DNA from: Alphaproteobacteria bacterium
Lineage (GTDB): Bacteria; Pseudomonadota; Alphaproteobacteria; Bin95
Reading direction: 5' to 3'
NCBI GenBank assembly: GCA_965205265.1
Contig: CBDBGH010000003.1
Location: 4,608,001-4,672,000, forward strand
Length of the DNA: 64,000 bases
Shown: piece after piece, positions 8,328-17,839 of the stretch
Position numbering within the stretch: position 1 is the stretch's first letter
Layout of the letters: each line of letters opens with the position of its first letter
Position numbers and translations under genes: made by a program
Notes under the pieces: generated by a model
Told to the model about the DNA's origin: nothing
Databases searched by the model: none
What the model saw: the letters and a program-made list of their open reading frames with translations, nothing else

Positions 8328-10824
8328 TCCCGCGCTCGCCTGGCGGCTGGCGCGGCGCGAAATGCGCGGCGGCTTCGCCGGCTTCCGCATCTTCCTCCTC
8401 TGCATCGCCATCGGCGTCGCGGCGATTGCGGCGGTCCATTCCATCTCCATGGCGGTGCAGACCGGCATTGCCCGCGATGCCCGCGCGCTGCATGGCGGCG
8501 ACCTCGCCGTGCGCACCACCTACGTGCCGGCGGACGCCGCCGCGCGGGCCGATTTCGCGTCCCTCGGGCGCGTTTCGGAAGTGGTCGAGATGCGGGCCAT
8601 GGCGCGCGCCGGCGGCGGCGCGGCGCTGGTCGAACTCAAGGCGGTGGACGGCGCCTATCCGCTCGCGGGCGCCCTCCGCCTTTCCGGCGGCATGGCGCTG
8701 GCGGACGCGCTGGCGGACGGCGGCGCCGTCGTCGAGGCGACCCTGCTGGAGCGGCTGGGCCTCGCCGTCGGCGACCGGATCGAGGTGGGCGACGGGTCCT
8801 TCGCCATCCGCGCCACGCTGGAACGCGAGCCGGACCGCGCCGTCGGCCTCTTCTCCTTCGGGCCGCGCTTCATGCTCGACGGGGAGGGGCTCCGGCGGAC
8901 CGGCCTCGTGCAGCCCGGAAGCCTGATCCGCTACAAATACCGCATCGCGCTGGACGAGCCGGGCCGCACGATTGCGGAACACCGCCGCCTCGCGGGCGAA
9001 TACGCCGACCGGGGCTGGCGGGTGACCGGCATCGGCTCGGCCGCCCCGGGCCTCCGGCAGACGATCCGGCGCCTTACGCTCTTCATGACGCTGGTCGGGC
9101 TGGCCGCGTCGATCATCGGCGGCATCGGCGTCGCCAATGCGGTGCGCGCGCATCTGGCCTCCCGGCGGCCTGCCATAGCGACGCTCGGCTGCCTCGGCGC
9201 AACGCCCCGGCTGATCGGCCTCGCATTCGGCCTCCAGATCGCGGCGATGACGGTGCTGGCGATCCTGGTCGGACTCGCTGTCGGGGCCGTCGCGCCCTTC
9301 CTCTTCGTCGGGCTGCTGGAAACCTATCTGCCCGTCGATCTTGCGCTCGGCGTCTATCCGGGACCGCTTCTATTGGCGGCGGCGTTCGGGGCGCTCACCG
9401 CCGCCGTCTTCTCCCTGCCGCCGCTCGCCGCCGCCGCGCGGCGCCCGCCGGTCGCGCTCTTCCGGGATGTCGAAGCGGCGGGCGGCGAACGGGCGGGCCT
9501 TGCCGCCGTCCTCGCGTCCGCAACGCTGGCGGCGCTCCTCGCCGCGCTTGCGGTCGCGACGGCGCCGGACCGGGTGCTGGCGCTCTGGTTCGTGGCCGGC
9601 ACGCTCGCGGCTTATGGCATCTTCTTCGCGGCCGCCACGGGCACCGTGCGCCTGGCGCGCCGCCTGAAGAGCGCCGGTCCGGGGGCGCTCCGCCGGGCGC
9701 TGGCGGCGCTCGCGCGGCCGGGCGGCGAGACCGGCGGCCTCCTCCTGTCGCTCGGCTTCGGCGTCACTGTGCTGGTCGCCGTCGCCTCGGTGGAGGAGGG
9801 GCTGTCCCGCCAGTTGAGCGAAGAGATCCCAGCCGATGCGCCGACCCATTTCTTCATCGACATCCAGCCGGACCAGGCGGCGCGGTTCGACGCCGTCATC
9901 GCCGGGACGCCGGGCGCGGTGCTGGACCGGCGCACGCCGCATCTGCGCGCCCGCATCGCCGCAATCGACGGCGTGCCGGCGGCCGAGGCGCAGGTGCCCG
10001 AGGACGCGCGCTGGGCGATCCGCGGCGAGCGCGGCCTCACCTGGGCCGCAGAACCGCCGGAGGGCACGGAGATCGTGGCCGGAAGCTGGTGGCCGGCGAA
10101 CTATCGGGGGCCGCCGCTCGTCTCCTTCGACGCCAATCTCGCCCACGCCTTCGGCCTCCGGCCAGGCGACCGCATCGCCTTCAACATACTGGGCCGCACC
10201 ATCGAGGCGGAGGTCGCCAATCTGCGCCGCATCGCCTGGCGGACGCTCAGGATGCAGTTCACCACAATCTTCGCGCCGGGGGCGTTGGAGCGCGCGCCGC
10301 AGACCTATATCGCCACCGTCCGCACGCCGCCCGAGGCCGAGGCGGGCCTGACCGCCGCCATGGCCGCGGCACTGCCCAATGTCTCGGCGATCCGGGTGAA
10401 GGACGCGCTCGCGCTGGTGACGGAGCTGGTGGCGCAAATGGGCATCGCGATCCGCCTCGTCGCCGCGGTCGGGCTGGCGGCCGGCCTCGCCGTGCTGGCG
10501 GGCGCCATTGCCGCCGGCCGGCGCCGCCGCCAGCGCGACGCGGTGGTCTTCAAGGTGCTGGGCGCGACCCGGGCCGACCTCGTGCGCAGCTACATGCTGG
10601 AATTCGCCATGCTCGGCGGCGTGGCGGCGCTGCTCGGCTCGCTGCTCGGCCTCGCCGCCGGCTATGTGCTGCTGGAGAGGGTCATGGACATCGCCTGGAC
10701 CGCGCCCGTCGCAACGGCGGCGGGCACGGCGCTGGCCGCCATCGCGGTAACGGCGCTGTTCGGCTTCCTCGGCACATGGCGCCTGCTCGGCCAGCCTGCC
10801 GCCCCGGCCCTCAGGGAGCCGTGA
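8317..10824 (+). CDS. ABC transporter permease (YbbP/FtsX-like)
   Basis: 835 aa with two FtsX-like halves, GGDL, ELKAVD..YP, FFIDIQPDQ; overlaps the ATPase gene. Confidence 0.9.
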   Translation: MRADPALAWRLARREMRGGFAGFRIFLLCIAIGVAAIAAVHSISMAVQTGIARDARALHGGDLAVRTTYVPADAAARADFASLGRVSEVVEMRAMARAGGGAALVELKAVDGAYPLAGALRLSGGMALADALADGGAVVEATLLERLGLAVGDRIEVGDGSFAIRATLEREPDRAVGLFSFGPRFMLDGEGLRRTGLVQPGSLIRYKYRIALDEPGRTIAEHRRLAGEYADRGWRVTGIGSAAPGLRQTIRRLTLFMTLVGLAASIIGGIGVANAVRAHLASRRPAIATLGCLGATPRLIGLAFGLQIAAMTVLAILVGLAVGAVAPFLFVGLLETYLPVDLALGVYPGPLLLAAAFGALTAAVFSLPPLAAAARRPPVALFRDVEAAGGERAGLAAVLASATLAALLAALAVATAPDRVLALWFVAGTLAAYGIFFAAATGTVRLARRLKSAGPGALRRALAALARPGGETGGLLLSLGFGVTVLVAVASVEEGLSRQLSEEIPADAPTHFFIDIQPDQAARFDAVIAGTPGAVLDRRTPHLRARIAAIDGVPAAEAQVPEDARWAIRGERGLTWAAEPPEGTEIVAGSWWPANYRGPPLVSFDANLAHAFGLRPGDRIAFNILGRTIEAEVANLRRIAWRTLRMQFTTIFAPGALERAPQTYIATVRTPPEAEAGLTAAMAAALPNVSAIRVKDALALVTELVAQMGIAIRLVAAVGLAAGLAVLAGAIAAGRRRRQRDAVVFKVLGATRADLVRSYMLEFAMLGGVAALLGSLLGLAAGYVLLERVMDIAWTAPVATAAGTALAAIAVTALFGFLGTWRLLGQPAAPALREP

Positions 10825-10860
10825 GAGGCTGGCTCCGCTCTTCGGCCAATGACGCACCGT

Positions 10861-10883
10861 TTGTCAATACGCTGTATTGACAA
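10861..10883. promoter_or_regulatory. palindromic operator overlapping a TTGACA -35 element
   Basis: Perfect TTGTCAATAC-gct-GTATTGACAA, 30 bp upstream of the RHH-like gene at 10914. Confidence 0.6.
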
Positions 10884-10913
10884 CTTGTGTGAAGCCGCTC
10901 ATTCAGGCCGGCC

Positions 10914-11414
10914 ATGAACAAGACCGACCAGCTGCAGATCCGTGTCAGCCCCGTGGACAAGGCGCGAATCCGCGCGCGGGCGGAAGAGGCCGGCATGACG
11001 GTATCGAACTGGGTCCTGACCCGCCTGTTTCCTCCCGCCGAAGAGAAATTCCAGGCAGCGTTCCGCGCGCTCGCGGAAAATCCCGGCAAGCGTTCCTATG
11101 CGCTCGCGGCGATCCACGATCTTCTGGCCGGCCTCACCGGAGAGCAGTTGACGGAAGCGCTCCGCCGGCCGCCGGAGGCGGGCCTGTCCCCTCTGGACGC
11201 CAACTATGTGTGCGCGATGGTCGAGTATGCATGCCTGTCGCTGCACGGCGTGGCGCCTCCGGCATGGACGAGGGATGTCCCGCCGCTGAAGGAGCCGTGG
11301 TTCGCCAACTCCTTCGGGAGCGCGCCGATGCGGCTCTACCTGCTGACCCGGTCGCCGCCGCCATACCGGCGCCGGAACCTGTTCGTCGACTCCGTCCCGG
11401 GGGATCGCGTCTGA
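10914..11414 (+). CDS. ribbon-helix-helix-like protein, putative antitoxin
   Basis: N-terminal QLQIRVS..DKARIRARAEEAGMTVSNWV (RHH/MobC/DUF1778-like); TGATG coupling to the downstream nucleotidyltransferase. Confidence 0.65.
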   Translation: MNKTDQLQIRVSPVDKARIRARAEEAGMTVSNWVLTRLFPPAEEKFQAAFRALAENPGKRSYALAAIHDLLAGLTGEQLTEALRRPPEAGLSPLDANYVCAMVEYACLSLHGVAPPAWTRDVPPLKEPWFANSFGSAPMRLYLLTRSPPPYRRRNLFVDSVPGDRV

Positions 11415-11953
11415 TGGAGGAACTGTCGAAACGGGACATCGAGGCTCTCTTCGGGCAGCTGAACGAGGAACTCGGGCGCAGAGGGGTCACGGGCGAGGTG
11501 TATCTGGTCGGCGGGGCGGTCATGTGCCTCGTTTTCGACCTGCGCGAATCGACAAAAGACGTGTACGCCTTCTTCCGCCCGGCCAGGGAAGTAAGGGAGG
11601 CGGCGCGAAGCATCGCCCTCGATTACGGCGTCTCCGGCGACTGGCTCAACGATGCCGTCAAGGGATATCTGGGCGAACATCCCGACTTCCGCCCCTACCT
11701 GGACCTCCCCCATCTGCGGATCATGACGGCCGCGCCCGAATACCTGTTGGCAATGAAGTGCCTCGCCATGCGCATCGGGGAGGAGTCCCGCGACGCGGAA
11801 GACGTGCGCTTCCTCCTGCGCTACCTGAATTTCACGGAGAGCGCCGCCGCGCTTGAGGCGGTGGGCCGCTACTATCCTTTGGAGAGAGTCCCGCAAATGG
11901 CGCTCTACGCGCTTGAGGAAATGCTGGCCGGTTCGGGCCCCAGAAGCGGCTGA
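11414..11953 (+). CDS. DUF6036-like nucleotidyltransferase, putative toxin
   Basis: VYLVGGAVM...STKDVYA, DWLNDAVKGY, YLLAMKCLAMR..RD.ED pattern of the DUF1814/DUF6036 NTase fold. Confidence 0.7.
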   Translation: MEELSKRDIEALFGQLNEELGRRGVTGEVYLVGGAVMCLVFDLRESTKDVYAFFRPAREVREAARSIALDYGVSGDWLNDAVKGYLGEHPDFRPYLDLPHLRIMTAAPEYLLAMKCLAMRIGEESRDAEDVRFLLRYLNFTESAAALEAVGRYYPLERVPQMALYALEEMLAGSGPRSG

Positions 11954-12049
11954 TTCGACGCCGGCTCTCCCGAACATCGCCTATCGTGACGCATCGTGCC
12001 GCGCGCTATGCTGGCCGGGACATCTGCGCGAAGCGGGGGAGACGGGGAC

Positions 12050-12817
12050 ATGGCGGAAATGCTGGCGGGCAAGGCGGCGCTGATTACGGGGGGCGCGAAC
12101 GGCATCGGGCGGGCGACGGCGCTGCTCTTCGCCGAGGAGGGTGCGCGGGTGGCCGCCGCCGACCTCAATCTCGAAGGCGCGGAGGAGACCGCCGCCATAA
12201 TCCGCGAGGCAGGCGGCGAGGCGATTGCGCTTTCCGTCGAGGTCAGCGACGCGGAGCAGGTCGAGGCGATGGTGGATGCGACCGTGGAGGCCTTCGGGCG
12301 GATCGACTGCGCCTTCAACAATGCCGGCATCGCGCCGGTCAATGTCGGCAACAACGCCAAACGGACCCATAGCTGGTCGGAGGAAGGCTTCGACCGCATG
12401 ATCGAGGTCAACCTCAAGGGCGTGTGGCTCTGCATGAAAAGCGAGATCGGGCGGATGCTGGAGACGGGCGGCGGGGCCATCGTCAACACCTCCTCCATCG
12501 CGGGGCTCGCCGGCCTGCCGACCTCGTCGGGCTATGTCGCGGCCAAGCACGGCGTCTCCGGGCTCACCCGCACCGCCGGCATCGAATACGCCACCGACAA
12601 TATCCGCGTGAACGCCGTCTGCCCCGGCTTCATCGCCACCGACATGACCCGCGAGGTCATGTCCCGGCGCGGCAACGAGCTCATGGCCCTGGTGCCGGCG
12701 CGGCGCATGGGCGAGGCGCGGGAGATCGCCGAGATGGTCTGCTGGCTCTGCTCGGACCGCTCGGGCTTCGTCACCGGGGCCACCTACAATGTCGATGGCG
12801 GCTACATGGCGTCCTGA
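12050..12817 (+). CDS. SDR family oxidoreductase (tandem copy 1)
   Basis: TGGANGIG, FNNAG, YVAAK. Confidence 0.92.
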   Translation: MAEMLAGKAALITGGANGIGRATALLFAEEGARVAAADLNLEGAEETAAIIREAGGEAIALSVEVSDAEQVEAMVDATVEAFGRIDCAFNNAGIAPVNVGNNAKRTHSWSEEGFDRMIEVNLKGVWLCMKSEIGRMLETGGGAIVNTSSIAGLAGLPTSSGYVAAKHGVSGLTRTAGIEYATDNIRVNAVCPGFIATDMTREVMSRRGNELMALVPARRMGEAREIAEMVCWLCSDRSGFVTGATYNVDGGYMAS

Positions 12818-12848
12818 CGGGCGGAACGGAACGGGGGAGACAAGGGAC

Positions 12849-13619
12849 ATGGCCGGAATGCTGGCGGGCAAGGCGGCGCTGATTACCGGGGCCGGGAACG
12901 GCATCGGGCGGGCGACGGCGCTGCTCTTCGCCGAGGAGGGCGCGCGGGTGGCCGCCGCCGACCTCAACCTCGAACGGGCAGAGGAGACCGCCACCGCGAT
13001 CCGCGAGGCGGGCGGCGAGGCGGTGGCGCTTGGGGTCGAGGTTGTCGAAGCCGAGCAGGTCGAGGCGATGCTGGAGGCGGCGGCCCGGGCCTTCGGGCGG
13101 ATCGACTGCGCCTTCAACAATGCCGGCATCGGACCGGCCAATCTCGACCATTTCGGCCGGCGTACCCATGAATGGACCGAGGACGGCTTCGACCGCATGA
13201 TCGCGGTCAACCTCAAGGGTGTGTGGCTCTGCATGAAGGGCGAAATCGAGCGGATGAAGGCGGACGGGGGCGGCGGGGCCATCGTCAACACCTCCTCGGT
13301 CGCGGGCCTGCTCGGCCTGCCGGGCGGCAGCGCCTATGTGGCGGCCAAGCACGCCGTCTCGGGGCTGACGCGCACCGCCGGCATCGAATACGCCTCGGAC
13401 GGCATCCGCGTGAACGCCGTCTGTCCCGGCTATATCGCGACCGACATGACGCGCGAGGTACGCGCCCGGCGGGGCAACGAGCTCATGAACCGCGTGCCGG
13501 CGCGCCGCATGGGCGAAGCGCAGGAGATCGCCGAGATGGTCTGCTGGCTCTGCTCCGAGCGCTCCAGCTACGTCACCGGCGCCACCTACAATGTCGATGG
13601 CGGCTACGTGGCGTCGTGA
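12849..13619 (+). CDS. SDR family oxidoreductase (tandem copy 2)
   Basis: TGAGNGIG, FNNAG, YVAAK; close paralog of 12050-12817. Confidence 0.92.
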   Translation: MAGMLAGKAALITGAGNGIGRATALLFAEEGARVAAADLNLERAEETATAIREAGGEAVALGVEVVEAEQVEAMLEAAARAFGRIDCAFNNAGIGPANLDHFGRRTHEWTEDGFDRMIAVNLKGVWLCMKGEIERMKADGGGGAIVNTSSVAGLLGLPGGSAYVAAKHAVSGLTRTAGIEYASDGIRVNAVCPGYIATDMTREVRARRGNELMNRVPARRMGEAQEIAEMVCWLCSERSSYVTGATYNVDGGYVAS

Positions 13620-13689
13620 GCCTCTGCCCTATCCGGTCCCGAAGGGAGCGCCGCCCCGCCTTGACAAGAGGGGAAGCCCCCGGCTAACC

Positions 13690-13711
13690 GGGTTACAAAG
13701 GCGTCACCGGG
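13690..13711 (+). promoter_or_regulatory. possible Pho box upstream of phnG
   Basis: GTTAC (13692) and GTCAC (13703) at 11-bp period; a degenerate match only. Confidence 0.3.
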
Positions 13712-13754
13712 CTTTGCTCTCATAAGCGCCGGGCAAGCTGGAGCGGCAGGACCC

Positions 13755-14222
13755 ATGCCGACCTCGACCGGTTCGGACCCGCAGATTGCGGCGCGGCAGC
13801 GATGGATGGGCATTCTCGCCAGGGCGGAAGACGGCGCGCTGGAAGCCGCCTGGACCGGTCTGGCCGAACGGCCCGAATACCGGGTCCTGCGAGCGCCGGA
13901 GACCGGACTCGTCATGGTGCGCGGGCGCATGGGCGGCACGGGAAGCGCCTTCAACATGGGCGAGATGAGCGCCACGCGCTGCGCCGTGCAGCTGGAGGGC
14001 GGCACGGTCGGCATCGCCTGGGTCGCCGGGCGCAGCGCCCGCCATGCCGAGCTGGCGGCGGCCTTCGACGCCCTGCTCCAGCAGCCGGAGCGCCGCGGCG
14101 GGCTGGAGGAAACGGTAATCGCTCCCCTTGAATCGGCCGAGCGCGCCCGGCGCGAGGAGGACCGCGCGAACGCCGCCAGCTCGCGGGTCGAGTTCTTCAC
14201 CATGGCGCGGGAGCGGGAGTGA
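13755..14222 (+). CDS. phnG: C-P lyase system protein PhnG
   Basis: RQRWM..LA, LRAPETGLVMVRGRMGGTG..FNMGE, C-terminal SRVEFFTM.R. Confidence 0.95.
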   Translation: MPTSTGSDPQIAARQRWMGILARAEDGALEAAWTGLAERPEYRVLRAPETGLVMVRGRMGGTGSAFNMGEMSATRCAVQLEGGTVGIAWVAGRSARHAELAAAFDALLQQPERRGGLEETVIAPLESAERARREEDRANAASSRVEFFTMARERE

Positions 14223-14833
14223 GGCCCGTGGCGGCGGCAGGCAACGGATCGGCACTCCGGCCCGGCTTCCTTGCCCCGGTGGCGGACAGCCAGCAGGTGT
14301 TCCGCCGCGTGCTCCGGGCGATGTCCGAGCCCGGCTCCCTGCAGAATATCGCGGTCGATCTGGCCCCGCCCGCTCCCCTCGACCGCGCGACCGCCGCTCT
14401 CTGCCTGACCCTGCTGGATTTCGAGACGCCGGTCTGGCTGGACGCGGCGGCGGATGGCGAGGAGTTGCGGGCCTGGCTCCGCTTCCATTGCGGCTGTCCG
14501 CTCGTGGAGGAGACGGGCGCCGCGCGCTTCGCCGTCGCGGCCGCCCCGGCGGATATGCCGGCGCTCGGTGCGTTCCCGCTCGGCTCCGAGGCCTATCCGG
14601 ACGAGAGCGCGACCGTCATCCTCCAGGTCCCGTGCTTGGAATCCGGCGAAGCGGTCACGCTTCGCGGCCCCGGAATCGAGGATTGCCGGGAGTTTCGCGC
14701 GGCCGGCATTGCCGGGGGCTTCTGGAAGCAGCGCCGCGAGATGGAGGCGCTGTTTCCGCAGGGCGTGGACCTCGTGTTCGCATCGGGCGCGAGCCTCGCG
14801 GCCGTGCCGCGCTCCACAGAGGTGAGGTTCTGA
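14219..14833 (+). CDS. phnH: C-P lyase system protein PhnH
   Basis: PGF..PV.DSQ.VFR, TLLDFETPVWL, WLRFHCGCP, YPDESAT, FPQGVD. Confidence 0.95.
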   Translation: MRPVAAAGNGSALRPGFLAPVADSQQVFRRVLRAMSEPGSLQNIAVDLAPPAPLDRATAALCLTLLDFETPVWLDAAADGEELRAWLRFHCGCPLVEETGAARFAVAAAPADMPALGAFPLGSEAYPDESATVILQVPCLESGEAVTLRGPGIEDCREFRAAGIAGGFWKQRREMEALFPQGVDLVFASGASLAAVPRSTEVRF

Positions 14834-14834
14834 G

Positions 14835-15941
14835 ATGTATGTCGCGGTCAAGGGCGGCGAGAAGGCCATAGAGGCGTCCCACCGCCTGCTGGACGAGGCG
14901 CGGCGCGGCGACCCGTCCGTGCCGGAGGTCTCGACCCGGCAGATCGCGGAGCAACTGGGGCTCGCCGTGGACCGGGTGATGGCCGAAGGCTCGCTCTACG
15001 ACCGGGAGCTTGCGGCGCTTGCGATCAAGCAGGCGCAGGGAGACCTGATCGAAGCCGTCTTCCTGCTGCGCGCCTATCGCACGACCCTGCCGCGCCTCGG
15101 CAACAGCGAACCCGTCGATACCGCCCGCATGGCGATCCGCCGGCGGATTTCCGCCACCTTCAAGGACATTCCGGGCGGCCAGATTCTCGGGCCCACCTAC
15201 GACTACACGCACCGCCTGCTGGATTTCCGGCTCGCCGGCGAGGGCGGGTCGGGCGACGCCGCGGCCCCGGCGGAACGGGCGGATGCGCCGGCCGGGGAGC
15301 CGATGCCCCGCGTCGCGGACCTGCTGGGCCATGAGGGCCTGATCGAGGAGGAAGCCGCCCCGGACGCCGGGGAGGCCCCGCCGACGGACATCACAAGGGA
15401 GCCGCTCAGATTCCCCGCCGGGCGCGATGCACGGCTTCAGACACTGGCGCGCGGCGATGAGGGCTTCCTGCTTGCACTCGGCTATTCGAGCCAGCGCGGC
15501 TTCTCGAACAACCACCCCTTCGCCGGGGAAATCCGCTACGGGACGGTCGCGGTGGAGATCGTGCCGGAGGAGCTCGGCTTCGCCGTCGAGATCGGCGACA
15601 TCGAAGTGACCGAAGTGCAGATGATCAACCAGTTCAGGGGCAGCGCCGAAGCGCCGCCGCAATTCACGCGGGGATACGGGCTCGTCTTCGGCCACCAGGA
15701 GCGCAAGGCCATGTCGATGGCGCTGGTGGACCGCGCGCTCCGCGCAGCCGAGCTCGACGAAGCGGCGGTCTCCCCGGCGCAGGACGAGGAGTTCGTCCTC
15801 TATCACAGCGACAATGTCGAGGCGTCGGGCTTCGTGCAGCACCTGAAGCTGCCGCATTACGTGGACTTCCAGTCGGAGCTCGAATTGCTGCGGAAGCTCC
15901 GGGCCGAGTTCGAAGCCCCGCCTGCCGAGGCGGCGGAGTAG
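14835..15941 (+). CDS. phnI: C-P lyase complex subunit PhnI
   Basis: MYVAVKGGEKAI, RRISATFKDIPGGQILGPTYDY, GFVQHLKLPHYVDFQ. Confidence 0.97.
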   Translation: MYVAVKGGEKAIEASHRLLDEARRGDPSVPEVSTRQIAEQLGLAVDRVMAEGSLYDRELAALAIKQAQGDLIEAVFLLRAYRTTLPRLGNSEPVDTARMAIRRRISATFKDIPGGQILGPTYDYTHRLLDFRLAGEGGSGDAAAPAERADAPAGEPMPRVADLLGHEGLIEEEAAPDAGEAPPTDITREPLRFPAGRDARLQTLARGDEGFLLALGYSSQRGFSNNHPFAGEIRYGTVAVEIVPEELGFAVEIGDIEVTEVQMINQFRGSAEAPPQFTRGYGLVFGHQERKAMSMALVDRALRAAELDEAAVSPAQDEEFVLYHSDNVEASGFVQHLKLPHYVDFQSELELLRKLRAEFEAPPAEAAE

Positions 15942-15947
15942 GCGCGG

Positions 15948-16868
15948 ATGGCGACGAGCGAAACATCTCCCGGCCCCGATGCCGCCCGGCCGGCGGAAGA
16001 CGGTTACAACTTCGCCTATCTCGACGAGCAGACCAAGCGGATGATCCGCCGGGCGATCCTCAAGGCCGTCGCCATTCCGGGATACCAGGTGCCCTTCGGC
16101 AGCCGCGAAATGCCCCTTCCCTTCGGCTGGGGCACCGGCGGCATCCAGATCACGGCCAGCATCATCGGAGCCGACGACACGCTCAAGGTCATCGACCAGG
16201 GCGCGGACGATACGGTGAATGCGGTCAGCATCCGCAAATTCTTCGCGCGGACGGCCGGCGTCGAAACCACGGAGCGGACGGAGGCCGCCACCATCGTCCA
16301 AACCCGCCACCGCATACCGGAAACGCCGCTCGGGGCCGGCCAGATCCTCGTTTACCAGGTGCCGATTCCGGAGCCGCTGCGCTGGCTGGAACCGAGGGAG
16401 GCGGAGACGCGCAAGATGCACGCGCTCGAGGAATACGGCGTCATGCATGTCCGCCTCTATGAAGACATTGCGCGCTTCGGCCATATCGCCACCTCCTACG
16501 ACTATCCGGTGCGGGTGAACGCCCGCTACCTGATGCGGCCCTCGCCGATTCCCAAATTCGACAATCCGAAGATGGACCGCTCTCCGGCGCTGCAATTGTT
16601 CGGCGCGGGCCGCGAGAAACGCATCTACGCCATCCCGCCGCATACCGGGGTGCGGAGCCTCGATTTCGACGACCACCCGTTCGAGGTCCAGAAATGGGAG
16701 GATGTGTGCGCGCTTTGCGGGTCGGGCGAGAGCTTCCTCGACGAGATCGTCACCGACGACCGGGGCGGGCGCATGTTCGTGTGCTCGGACACCGACTATT
16801 GCACCAGGCGCCGCGAAGCCGGACACGCCGGCCCCGCCGCCCGGGACCCGGAAGGGGGCGGGGCGTAG
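15948..16868 (+). CDS. phnJ: C-P lyase radical SAM subunit PhnJ
   Basis: YNFAYLDEQTKRMIRRAILKA, GWGTGG, CALCG...CSDTDYC. Confidence 0.97.
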   Translation: MATSETSPGPDAARPAEDGYNFAYLDEQTKRMIRRAILKAVAIPGYQVPFGSREMPLPFGWGTGGIQITASIIGADDTLKVIDQGADDTVNAVSIRKFFARTAGVETTERTEAATIVQTRHRIPETPLGAGQILVYQVPIPEPLRWLEPREAETRKMHALEEYGVMHVRLYEDIARFGHIATSYDYPVRVNARYLMRPSPIPKFDNPKMDRSPALQLFGAGREKRIYAIPPHTGVRSLDFDDHPFEVQKWEDVCALCGSGESFLDEIVTDDRGGRMFVCSDTDYCTRRREAGHAGPAARDPEGGGA

Positions 16869-16890
16869 TGTCCTGTCTGCACACGCCCTT

Positions 16891-16976
16891 CGTCATGCCC
16901 GGACTTGTTCCGGGCATCTCCCTCGGGGCAGGCGCGGCAGCGGAAATGGATGCCCGGAACAAGTCCGGGCATGACG
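16891..16976. repeat. REP-like palindromic element (copy 1)
   Basis: cGTCATGCCCGGACTTGTTCCGGGCATC ... GATGCCCGGAACAAGTCCGGGCATGACg perfect inverted arms between phnJ and phnK. Confidence 0.85.
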
Positions 16977-17037
16977 GGATGGGGACGCCGGGATGGCCGT
17001 TCTGCGATGCAACGCATTTCAATTCCGGTACACCAGC

Positions 17038-17820
17038 ATGATGCCGGAGGCGCCACCGCTTCTCTCCGCCCGGGGCGTGACCAGATTCTATGGCGGCATC
17101 CTCGGCTGCCGCGATGTGTCGTTCGACATCTGGCCGGGCGAGGTGCTGGGCATTGTCGGCGAGTCCGGCTCTGGCAAGACGACGGTGCTGAACTGCATTT
17201 CCGCCCGCCTCGAACCCACTTCGGGAACGGTCGAATACGCCACGAGGCATGACGGTCCGGCCGACATCTACCGCATCGGCGAGCCTGCCCGGCGCCTGCT
17301 CATGCGCACGGACTGGGGGTTCGTCCACCAGAACCCGCTGGAGGGCCTGCGCATGGATGTGAGCGCAGGCGCCAATATCGGCGAGCGCCTGATGGCCGTC
17401 GGCGCCCGCCATTACGGCGATATCCGGCGGGCCGCCACCGACTGGCTCGACAAGGTCGAGATGGATACGGGGCGCATGGACGACCTGCCGCTGACCTTTT
17501 CGGGCGGCATGCAGCAGCGCCTCCAGATTGCGCGCAATCTGGTGACCGCGCCGCGCATCGTGTTCATGGACGAGCCCACGGGCGGGCTCGATGTGTCCGT
17601 CCAGGCGCGGCTGCTGGACCTCTTGCGCGGCCTGGTCTCGGACCTCGGGCTGGCGGCCGTCATCGTCACGCACGACCTGGCCGTGGCGCGGCTTCTGTCG
17701 CACCGCCTGCTCGTCATGCGCCGGGGCGAGGTTGTGGAGTCCGGGCTGACCGACCAGGTGCTCGACGACCCGCAGCACCCTTATTCGCAACTCCTCGTGT
17801 CTTCGGTGCTCCATCCGTGA
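17038..17820 (+). CDS. phnK: C-P lyase system ABC ATPase PhnK
   Basis: GESGSGKTT, RTDWGFVHQNP, FSGGMQQRLQIARNL, DEPTGGLDVSVQA. Confidence 0.96.
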   Translation: MMPEAPPLLSARGVTRFYGGILGCRDVSFDIWPGEVLGIVGESGSGKTTVLNCISARLEPTSGTVEYATRHDGPADIYRIGEPARRLLMRTDWGFVHQNPLEGLRMDVSAGANIGERLMAVGARHYGDIRRAATDWLDKVEMDTGRMDDLPLTFSGGMQQRLQIARNLVTAPRIVFMDEPTGGLDVSVQARLLDLLRGLVSDLGLAAVIVTHDLAVARLLSHRLLVMRRGEVVESGLTDQVLDDPQHPYSQLLVSSVLHP

Positions 17821-17839
17821 GCGGGAAAGGCGGCATGTT

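Noticed and set aside
10877-11953. 358-aa fused ORF from the ORF track
   Set aside because: Its N-terminal half is an off-frame overlap of the RHH gene. The NTase starts at 11414 through TGATG coupling.
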